Below are positions 29,457 to 38,700 of a stretch of 64,000 bases of DNA, one piece after another. The notes under the pieces were generated by a model that saw nothing but the letters and a program-made list of their open reading frames with translations, had not been told where the DNA came from and did not search any database. The stretch is taken from positions 88,108 to 152,107 of the IMG/VR virus record IMGVR_UViG_3300029044_000314; one strand, given 5' to 3'. The DNA is from a virus. The translations under genes and the position numbers were made by a program. Within the stretch, counting starts at the first letter, position 1; each line of letters starts with the position of its first letter.

Positions 29457-29855
29457 TTGGAAAGGACGAACAAAAGCATGGTCGAAAAACCGAAAAAACC
29501 GAACACATCCCCGGCGAAGCTTCTGACCGCAGACGAGGCTTTGGCCTTGGGAAGACGACCGGAAGTCGTCAACGTCTTGAAAAACAAGCACGGATGGTGG
29601 GTAATCTTCACCACCCAATTCCAAGACGAAGTGACCCTCCGATATCTGCAAGGGGAACGTCCCTCGGAGATATTCCGCAGTCACAATCTCGGACCGGAAG
29701 TCCTCGGATACAAGCGCATAGAACGTTGCGTATACCGGTGGGTCAACCATCCCAGCAAATCCCGTGTCAAACGTTGGCAAACGGAACACCGCCTGTATGA
29801 GACGTTGAACAAGAATCAGACCAACACCGGCAAGAAGGAGAACAACGACAAGTGA
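29457..29855 (+). CDS. basic hypothetical protein
   Basis: 132-aa ORF coupled to dnaB (stop/start overlap). Confidence 0.4.
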   Translation: MERTNKSMVEKPKKPNTSPAKLLTADEALALGRRPEVVNVLKNKHGWWVIFTTQFQDEVTLRYLQGERPSEIFRSHNLGPEVLGYKRIERCVYRWVNHPSKSRVKRWQTEHRLYETLNKNQTNTGKKENNDK

Positions 29856-31192
29856 GCGTCCCCACACCAATCCACAAGGACATGGCCGAACAAGTGTTGT
29901 TGGGGGCCATGCTTCAAGACGCGGAAACGTTGGACAAGGTCATCAGCCAACTTTCCGAAGAGGACTTCTACCAGCCGACCAACCAGACCATCTTCCATAA
30001 TATAAAGGAACTGGCCGCAGACAATAACCGTGTGGACGCGCAAATGCTGTCCTCGCACATGATGGACAACGGACAGTTGGAACAGGTCGGCGGCATCGAC
30101 TACATCGCCCAGCTTGTCGGCTCCGCGCCCACGTCGAACAACAGTGACTATTTCATCAAGCAGATTCGTGACGCGGCCATCCTCCGCCACATCAACGTGG
30201 TCGGACAGCAGTTGCAACAGATGAGCAACGTGTCCGACGCGTCAGCCGAAGATGTGCTCAGCAAATCGTTGGAGGCCGCGTTCTCGTTGGAGGATTCAAG
30301 CCGTTCCGAAGACGACGAGTTGAAGACCGCATACCGCCTGTCCGACGAAATGCTCCAACAGTTGGATGAAATGTCACAGAATCCGAACGAGTTCGGAACA
30401 CCCACCGGCTTCCGTGACATCGACGCGTTGACGCACGGATTGCAAGCCGGACAAATGGTCATAGTCGCGGGCCGTCCGGGCATGGGCAAGAGTACTCTCG
30501 GCATGGATTTCGCGCGTAACGCCGCACTGCACAAGGGTCTGCCGACTGTGATTTTCAGTCTGGAAATGGGCGGTCACGAACTCATGCAACGCATGTTCGC
30601 AGCCGAAACAGGCATCCGTCTCGCATCGTTCCAACATCCCGAGAATCTGAACTCGAATGATTGGAACAAACTCAACGCGCTCTGCCATCAGGTCGAGAAG
30701 GCACCATTGTGGGTTGATGATTCCGCCATCATCAACATGAGCACCATCCGTGCGAAATGCCGTGCTCTCAGCCGCAAGGTCAACGGGTTGAAGCTTATCG
30801 TCATCGACTACCTGCAACTCATGTCCTCCGGTAAAACCGTCGAGAACCGTCAGCAGGAAGTGTCGAACTTCTCCCGCCAATGCAAAATGCTCGCCAAGGA
30901 ACTGCAATGCCCCGTGGTCGTGCTCTCCCAGTTGAACCGTAATGCGGAACAGCGTGCCGACAAGAAGCCGGAACTGTCCGACCTGAGAGAGTCCGGTTCC
31001 ATCGAACAGGACGCCGACATGGTGTTTCTCGTGCATCGTCCCGAATATTACGACCGTGAGGAACGTCCGGGCGAAGCCGACGTGATTCTCGCCAAGCACC
31101 GTAACGGGCCTACCGAAACGTTCAATCTCGCGTTCATGGGCGAATGCTCCAAATTCGCGGACATGGCCGCAGGTTTCGAAAACGAGTTCTGA
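29852..31192 (+). CDS. dnaB: replicative DNA helicase DnaB
   Basis: 446 aa; N-terminal domain LLGAMLQD, Walker A AGRPGMGKST, LIVIDYLQLM, SQLNRNAEQRADKKPELSDLRESGSIEQDADMV. Confidence 0.9.
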   Translation: MSVPTPIHKDMAEQVLLGAMLQDAETLDKVISQLSEEDFYQPTNQTIFHNIKELAADNNRVDAQMLSSHMMDNGQLEQVGGIDYIAQLVGSAPTSNNSDYFIKQIRDAAILRHINVVGQQLQQMSNVSDASAEDVLSKSLEAAFSLEDSSRSEDDELKTAYRLSDEMLQQLDEMSQNPNEFGTPTGFRDIDALTHGLQAGQMVIVAGRPGMGKSTLGMDFARNAALHKGLPTVIFSLEMGGHELMQRMFAAETGIRLASFQHPENLNSNDWNKLNALCHQVEKAPLWVDDSAIINMSTIRAKCRALSRKVNGLKLIVIDYLQLMSSGKTVENRQQEVSNFSRQCKMLAKELQCPVVVLSQLNRNAEQRADKKPELSDLRESGSIEQDADMVFLVHRPEYYDREERPGEADVILAKHRNGPTETFNLAFMGECSKFADMAAGFENEF

Positions 31193-31243
31193 AACAAGTT
31201 CTGTCATAGTGGGTATGCCCACAAAAAAAGAAAGGAAAAGTCA

Positions 31244-32641
31244 ATGCCAACAACATTGATAATCGTCGCGGCAGTGGCGATACTCATCATCCTGCTCGCA
31301 ACCGCAAGCTACAAGGTCTGCCCCGCCGACCGGGTAATGGTCATCACCGGGCCGGGTGGATGACGCTTCGTCTCCGGCGGAAGCGCGTTCATCATACCCT
31401 TCATCATGCGCGTGGACTGGCTCTCCCTCGGAGCGGTGCAGTCGCTCCTGAGAACCGACACGCCGATTCCGACGAAGGACGCAATCCTCATCGACGTGAA
31501 CGCCGTCGCGAACTTCCAGATAGCGTCCGAGACCATGACCGTGGACGAGAACGGTAAACAGGTGAAGGCGTTGGAGAACGCCGCCAAGAACTATCTGAAC
31601 CAGTCCAAGGAGCGAATGGAGAAGGACGTGACGCAGGTGCTCTTGGGCAAGCTGCGCGAGGTCATCGGCAAGACCGAGTTGAAGGAGCTCATGGAGAACA
31701 GGGACACGTTCGCCGCGACCGTGGCCGAATCCGCCCGCGTGGATATGGAACGGCTTGGCCTTCAATTGACCACGTTCAACATTCAAGACTTCACCGACCG
31801 TCAGAACGTCATCGCCAACATGGGCGCTGAAATGGCCGCCGAAATCAGCCGGAATGCGAAGCTCGCGTCCATCAACGCGGAACAGGATGTGGCCGTCCGT
31901 CAGAACCAGCTCGACCTGAAACGAGCCGAACTCCAATCCATCTCCGACAAGGCGCAGGCCGAGGCCGACGCGGTGAAGGGCATCACCGCCGCCGAACAGT
32001 CCAAAACTCTCAAAGTCAAGGAGCAAGAGGCTGAAATCGCCGCCGCCGAAAAGAAGGCAGTCCTCGAACAGAAGAACGCCGAAATCGAAGAGCAAAAACT
32101 GAACGCGACCATCCGCAAGAAGGCCGACGCCGACCGTTACGCCGCCGAACAGCAGGCCGACGCGCAAATGTACACAACCCAAAAACACGCCGACGCGGAA
32201 CTGTACCTACGCCAGCAGGAGGCTCAGGCCATCCAATCCACAGCCGACGCGGACGCACACGCGACCGAAGTCAAAGGCAAGGCTGAAGGCTCCGCCGCAC
32301 AGGCCAAGGGCGTGGGCGAGGCGGAGGCAATCCGCGCCCAAGGCCGAGCCTACAATGCGATGAACAACACGTACATCCTCGCCCAACAGTACATTCAGAT
32401 TCTCCCCGACATGGTTCGAGCCGCCGCCGAACCGCTCACCAAGGTTGACCACATCACCATGTACGGCGACGGAAACAGCACGAAGCTCGTGGGCGACACG
32501 GTGAACAGTGTGAGCCAGTTGAGTGAGGGATTGTCGCAATCCTTGGGCATCGATTTGAAAGCCTTGCTGAACAGTATGGTGGCCGGTCATGCCGCCGGTT
32601 CCGCATTGAGTGAGAAAGGTTCCGAACAGTCCGGAAACTAG
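31244..32641 (+). pseudogene. flotillin/SPFH (band-7) protein gene interrupted by an in-frame TGA at 31361-31363
   Basis: N-terminal piece MPTTLIIVAAVAILIILLATASYKVCPADRVMVITGPGG, then TGA, then RFVSGGSAFIIPFIMRVDWLSLGAV... in the same frame. This matches the flotillin/YuaG N-terminal TM plus SPFH core; the C-terminal EA-rich coiled-coil and conserved tail are present. Confidence 0.65.
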
Positions 32642-32820
32642 CCTGTTCAGGGGCATGTTGGAGGGGTATGGGAAGCCATGCCCTCCTTATTTTAAGGGCT
32701 GAAAGCATTCTTTCAAGGTTTTTAATGAGGGTGCGTGCGGTATATTAGGAATGTAATCCGATATTGACCCCGTTCGATGAATGAACGTGCGCCGGGTCTA
32801 GTAAGGAAAGGAAAACAAAG

Positions 32821-34515
32821 GTGAAAACCAAAAACCTGTTGAAGGCAACGGTCGCCACGCTTGTGGCCGGTGCCATGGGTTTGGCTGGAGTCGGCTCCGC
32901 CATGGCGGCTGATACTCGTGTTGACGCATCCAAGTTTGATGCGGCTGCTCGTCAGACGTTGACCGTCGCTGCTAATGGTGATATTAGCAATCGCACGTTG
33001 AAGGCTGTGCCGCTCGCCTACTATTCGTATGCGCAGACTGATGGTACTAATATTACCGGCTTTGACCTGATTGACGCGGGCAAGGCTTCTGCTATTGCTG
33101 ACGCATTGACTAAAGCCAGTATTGACACTAAGTCCAAGAAAGACCAGACTGCCGGATACGACTATAATGCGTCCAATCCGATGGTGTGGGTCGTGCAGAA
33201 TCTCCTTGATTCCGAGAACAGTCCGTGGGCTGGCAAGCTTCGTGACTTCATCGACCAGTTGAAGAACGAGGCCGCTGTCATCGGCGACAAGGGCACCGCG
33301 TTCGCCAAGGGCGCCGACGCCAAGCATATGACCGCTTCTGTCCGTCCGGGCGTGTACGCGGTCGTGGACACCACCAAGACCGGTCAGGCGTCCATCGTCA
33401 TGTTCAACGGCACCGGCATCGATGGCAAGACCACGTTGAAGAACGGCGCCAAGACCTACACGCTGGGCACCGTGGACTATAAGGTACACGGCACCACCGT
33501 CACGAAGAAGATTACCGCCGCCGAAAACGGCACCGTCGAAAACAGTGGCGCGACCGCCGAAACCGCTATCGGCAAGAAGGTCAGCTTCGAAATGACCAGC
33601 AAAGTGCCGAACTGGACTGGCTACGACAAGTACTATTACGCCATCAACGATACGTATTCCAAGGGCCTGACTTATGACGCGGCCAAGGACAACATGGTCG
33701 TGACCGTGGACGGTAAGACCCTCATCCGCGACACCGATTACAAGGTCACTACTGAGGATGGCAAGTTCCACATCATCTTCGCTCCGACCACCGGTGACTC
33801 CACCACCACATCCGACATTGTGGCGATGAAAGCCAAGTTCCCGGTCGATGCCGCCGTTGACGTCAAGTACGGCATGTACGTGAACAAGAACGCCGTCTCC
33901 GGAACCGCCGACGCCAACACCAACGAGGTCGAATACTCGCATAATCCGAACACCGTCACCGACCATGAGACCACCCCGGGCCAGACCGACAAGGTGTACG
34001 TCGGCAAGTTCACCCTCACCAAGCACGACACGAACAACGCTCCGCTCGCCGGAGCCGAGTTCAAGGTGTACGAGGGCGACCAGACCACCACCCCGGTCAG
34101 GTTCGTCAAGTCCTCCGACGGCCTGACCTACCGCAAGGCCGACCTGACCGAGAGCACCGGCACCACCGACACCGTCACCAGCGTCGCTACTAGCAATGGC
34201 GTGCTCACGCTGACCGGCCTCGACGGCAAGTACACGGTCAAGGAGACAAAGAGTCCGTTCAACGGCTCCATCCTGCCGCAGTTCACCCTGACCATCAAGG
34301 TGAACCAGTCGAACGGCTCCTACATGCTCAGCCAGTTCGATAAGGACGCCAACAATCTGGCTTCCGAGAACGTTGACAAGATGGGTGTGACCGTCATCAA
34401 CGCCCGCAACATCGCTGACATGCCGAAGACCGGTGCGGTCTGGCTGTCCATCTTCGGCGTGATGACCGTCCTGTTGGCTGGCGCTTCCGCCCTGCTGCTT
34501 CGTCGCAAGGCGTGA
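32821..34515 (+). CDS. LPXTG-anchored fimbrial subunit (pilin)
   Basis: GTG start; signal peptide; E-box YTVKETKSPFNG; C-terminal LPKTG + hydrophobic segment + RRKA. Confidence 0.8.
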   Translation: MKTKNLLKATVATLVAGAMGLAGVGSAMAADTRVDASKFDAAARQTLTVAANGDISNRTLKAVPLAYYSYAQTDGTNITGFDLIDAGKASAIADALTKASIDTKSKKDQTAGYDYNASNPMVWVVQNLLDSENSPWAGKLRDFIDQLKNEAAVIGDKGTAFAKGADAKHMTASVRPGVYAVVDTTKTGQASIVMFNGTGIDGKTTLKNGAKTYTLGTVDYKVHGTTVTKKITAAENGTVENSGATAETAIGKKVSFEMTSKVPNWTGYDKYYYAINDTYSKGLTYDAAKDNMVVTVDGKTLIRDTDYKVTTEDGKFHIIFAPTTGDSTTTSDIVAMKAKFPVDAAVDVKYGMYVNKNAVSGTADANTNEVEYSHNPNTVTDHETTPGQTDKVYVGKFTLTKHDTNNAPLAGAEFKVYEGDQTTTPVRFVKSSDGLTYRKADLTESTGTTDTVTSVATSNGVLTLTGLDGKYTVKETKSPFNGSILPQFTLTIKVNQSNGSYMLSQFDKDANNLASENVDKMGVTVINARNIADMPKTGAVWLSIFGVMTVLLAGASALLLRRKA

Positions 34516-34544
34516 GATTGGAAGATTGGAATACTGCCGTATGA
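34516..34544 (+). repeat. copy 1 of a conserved ~35-bp motif (GATTGGAA-TTGGAA-ACTGCCGTAT...)
   Basis: gattggaagattggaatactgccgtatgag; near-identical copies at 50039, 57058 and 62092. Confidence 0.5.
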
Positions 34545-34650
34545 GAAAACTTTTCTGACCGTTTGACGGTTGGAAAAGCATGAAATGTTCCGCTTGGCGT
34601 GTCGGGAACCCAAATATCGACACGCCACCTTTTAGATTCTTTATAACCGC

Positions 34651-35712
34651 ATGGGAGGGGTTTTGGGAAAACATACGGCGAAACCGAAAGGCTTGGGAAA
34701 TCGAGCCATAGCGGGACTTCTCTGCCTAATCCTATCCGCCCTGTCCGGAACCATCCCATTCATTCTCATGATTTCGAACAGCAGCCAATCCAACCGGTTG
34801 ACCGACTCCCACGCGCAAGCCGTGGAAAACACTGACGTGAAACGAATCGCCCAAGAGTATGCGGACGCGCAAGCCTACAATCAACGCCTATACGAGGAAG
34901 GCCAGCCCATTCTTGGTGAGGCGGAAGACCCTTGGACAGGCGTCAACAAGTCCGAAACGGACAACACGTATCGGAAGCAACTATCCACCCCCAAGGATGG
35001 GGTCATGGCCACCATCAAATATCCACGCTTGGGCATCAACCTGCCCATCCGGCATGGCACGTCGCAAAACGTGTTGGCCGCTGGAGCCGGACACTTATAT
35101 GGTTCCAGTCTCCCCGTCGGCGGCAAGAACACGCATACTGTCATATCCGCGCACACGGGTTTGGCAGACCAGCTCATGTTCGACAAGCTACGAGGCTTCG
35201 GCAGTGAAGCCAAAAAAAGTGACGTCTTCTATCTGATAACCGCCGGACATACGCTCGCCTACAAGGTCACAAGCATTGATGTGGTAGACCCATCCGATTT
35301 CACCAAACTGAAAATCGTCGCCGGAAAAGACCTCGCCACACTCCTAACCTGCACGCCATACGGCATCAACAACAAGCGACTCCTAGTGACCGGCACGCGC
35401 ACCAGCATGCCGCACCCCGCACCCAGACCCGAAAACGCGCCGAAAGACCACACGAACCAATGGCTCATACTGTACGTCGGCGGCTTCTGGCTTGCGGTAA
35501 TCATCATCACCATTCTCATCATCCGTAGAAAAACCACGCAAAGAAGGAACACTAATGGGTATTCTCAAAAAGCATGTGGCACATCCGGTAGCATTATTGG
35601 CCGCAATCGCCACACTGTCATCCGGCCTGATATGCATGACCAATCCGGTAGCCTCTCCGAAAGCGCATGCGGACGAGTTGAAACCCGCATATGCTACTGC
35701 GAAAATCGTTAA
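34651..35712 (+). CDS. class C (pilus-associated) sortase
   Basis: N-terminal TM, catalytic TLLTCTPYG (TLXTC), C-terminal TM WLILYVGGFWLAVIIITILIIRRK; the ORF tail overlaps the adhesin start by 158 nt. Confidence 0.85.
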   Translation: MGGVLGKHTAKPKGLGNRAIAGLLCLILSALSGTIPFILMISNSSQSNRLTDSHAQAVENTDVKRIAQEYADAQAYNQRLYEEGQPILGEAEDPWTGVNKSETDNTYRKQLSTPKDGVMATIKYPRLGINLPIRHGTSQNVLAAGAGHLYGSSLPVGGKNTHTVISAHTGLADQLMFDKLRGFGSEAKKSDVFYLITAGHTLAYKVTSIDVVDPSDFTKLKIVAGKDLATLLTCTPYGINNKRLLVTGTRTSMPHPAPRPENAPKDHTNQWLILYVGGFWLAVIIITILIIRRKTTQRRNTNGYSQKACGTSGSIIGRNRHTVIRPDMHDQSGSLSESACGRVETRICYCENR

Positions 35713-38700
35713 GAAAGCCGACGGTACGGGGCATGGCACGAGTTCGCAAACGTTCGTGAATTCGAAGAACGGGTTCGCCACGGGCGATGATTCCCCTACC
35801 GATGGCGTGGTCGCATCCGGTGATACGGTCGAATATTCTCTCACGTTGAACTTCAACGCGGCGGGCAAGCGTACCATCAACGTGAAGTTCGACTTGGATG
35901 ACGCGCCGTATTTGCAGACTGCTGACGGTGGTGGCTTCTGCCAGCCGGGACAACTCGTCACCGCGAAGAAAAACAGTGACGGCTCCTGCTCCTACACGGT
36001 TCCAGCCGGTGGCGTGGAAACCATGACCCAAACCTTCTATCTGAAAGCAAAAGACACGGGAGGCTTGGTCAAGCCGGGTCAGATTCCGAAAATCGTCGTC
36101 GCCCGCGAAGGTGGAACGTCAACCACGTATCGTACGGATGAGCTGACTGTAGTATCCGCTCCGGCGGCTGACTTGGTCATTGACAATGGCGGCAATCCGG
36201 TGAAAGGCCAATACTCGTATGAGCATCGTACTTATTGGAGTCAGAACACCGATGCGACCGGTGATTTCACTATTCGTACCGACGCGTTGACCTATCCGGG
36301 TTATTCGTCCACGAAGGGCGCGTCCACCAGCATCGATTGGACTACCAAAGTGGATATTTCCGACTTCCCGCAGGGCACCGTGTGGACTGTAGGCGGTCAG
36401 CGGATTACCCGTAACAGTGATAAAGAACAGTATTTGACCGTATCCAGTGGCAAAAACGGTACGGCGGCGACAATCAGCTACAGGATTCCCGCCGGAACCG
36501 ACGCGCTCAAAAACATGAAAGAAGGAGACGTCAAATATTACGATGTCCACCTTGTTCCCGACGAAACCGTGTTCAGCGTCAAAGACGATAACGGCAACGC
36601 ACTGTTGAACATGGGCAAGGGCGGCGAACCCGGCTGGAACATTGGACGGGACAAGAGCACCTACAACAAGGATACGGGTGCCCGCGTCGGCTACCCGTAC
36701 GCGAACAATGACTGGTCACGAGCCATCATCCAACGGCTCAAGCCGACTCCAGCTGGCAAGATTCCACTGTTCGGCAAAGGACTGCAACGTCCTAACACTG
36801 CGTCCAAGACCATGTTCGACAAGGAGAATCTGACGTTCGACGCCGCCGAAGGCAAAGCCGACATCTACCATTACTATTCCGACGGTTCCGGCGACACCGT
36901 GTCCCGTGGAACGCAAGTCAAAACCATTTTGGAAATGTATGCGGCGAACGTTACTGCGGACAAGCTTAAAAACACTACGCCGACCATGCAGGATGAGTGG
37001 GATAATACGCGCATGCGGTGGGATGGAAGCTTGGAAGTCACCCAGAACGGTGCTCCGGTTTCCGACTACAAAGTTCAATGGGCTGATAGCAAAGACAATT
37101 GGCATGACGGGGAACCATCCGACACGGACGCTCCGAACGTCAAGAAGATTCGGGTGACGTTCAACCCCGACACGTTGACTTTAGGAAAGGGTGCGCCGAA
37201 CGTTCAGGTCACGTTCAACACGCTCGCCATAGCCGACGTGTCCAAAGGCAATGTGGAAGCTTTGGATACGCTGACCGCATGGCTTACCGAAGACGATAAG
37301 GCGAGCGTCACCAATTGGGTGTGGATTGCCAAGCCGGTAGACCCGACCACCAGTATCGACATCAGTCTGAAAGCCTACGATGGTGAAGGCAATCAAGTGT
37401 ATGCGAACAACAGTTCCAATCACCCGTCCGGAAGCGCAGTCGATTTGACTCCCGGCATGCGAGTGGATTATACGGTCACGGAACAGTTGCGCACCATTCT
37501 CCTGTCCAATACAAGCATGACGCCGACCATCACGGTGCCGAAACCGAAAGGCTTGTACAATCCGACCTGTGATGATTCGTTCTGGCAGATGAAAGTGGAC
37601 GGGAATAATCTCGTGTTCACGCCACGTTCTGGCAAAGTCACGCCGGAAGTAGACCGTATGGGGTCGGCCACTTTGCCTGACCTGCATTTCAGTGGCATCG
37701 TATCCAATCTCGCCACCGGGACTGTGACCGCCAGTGCGAATATGAGCGTGGACGTTGACGAGAACGGCGCATTGCAAGCCCAAACCATCAAAAGCAATAC
37801 GCCCAGCGTCCCATTCCCCGTCTCCAATGCGGAAACCAACAGTGGCATCATGCGTGTGAAGACCACGAAGGCTGAAATCGGTGACCCGCTTACTTGGGAG
37901 TTCAACGTGTACGGCAAGGGCGGCGGTCACACCGGCACCATGGATAGCATGCTACTGCTTCCTGCGAATGGTGATGAGAAGTACGTGCAGGACAAGCTGG
38001 TCGAATATGAGCGTGGATACAGCAACTATCATGGCTCCTACGAACTGACCCAGCCCGTCACGGTCAATATGGACAATTCGACCAGTACGACCGTCTACTA
38101 TTCAACCACCACCGGAAAGAAGTCGGATAATCCAGCTGACTACGAGTGGAAGACATGGGATGAATTGTCCGCCATCGAGAAGAAGAACATCACCGCCATC
38201 CGACTGACCAGCACTGTCGTCGCGTCTGACGATAAACTGTCCTATTCGGCGGTGAACGGCACCATCACGCTCATCCCATCCGACAATGTGAAAGACGACA
38301 AGTACACGCTGTGGCTTGGCCGCAACTATTATTCCGACGCTTCCGACAAACCGGCGGGCAACCAGCCGTGGCCTGACGTGGCGAAGATAGTGTCCGGTAG
38401 TATCAGCGGTACCGTCTGGTGGGATAAGGATGAGAACACGCTCATCGGAGACGGTGAGGAACGTATCGAAGGAGTGGAAGTCACCCTCGGCAAGCAGGAT
38501 TCAAGCGGCGGCTGGCAGACCGTCAAAACGGTGAAGACCGACAAGGACGGCCATTACGAGTTCGACCTGCTCCACTCCGGCACCTACCGCACTTCGGTGA
38601 AACGCAACACTGGCACCAGTACGGGTGATGGCGTGCAGACGCAGGTCAAAACCTACTACAACAAGCTTGAAAACGTGACGAACACGCGCAGCTGGTCGAA

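Noticed and set aside
31361-31363. In-frame TGA in flotillin read as selenocysteine
   Set aside because: No SECIS-like hairpin immediately downstream and no selenoprotein context; nonsense mutation or sequencing error is more parsimonious. Retained as a pseudogene/recoding question.
32722-34674. 650-aa minus-strand ORF antisense to the pilin gene
   Set aside because: G/V/D/R-rich composition typical of spurious antisense ORFs in high-GC DNA; the plus-strand product has a signal peptide, E-box and LPKTG sorting signal.
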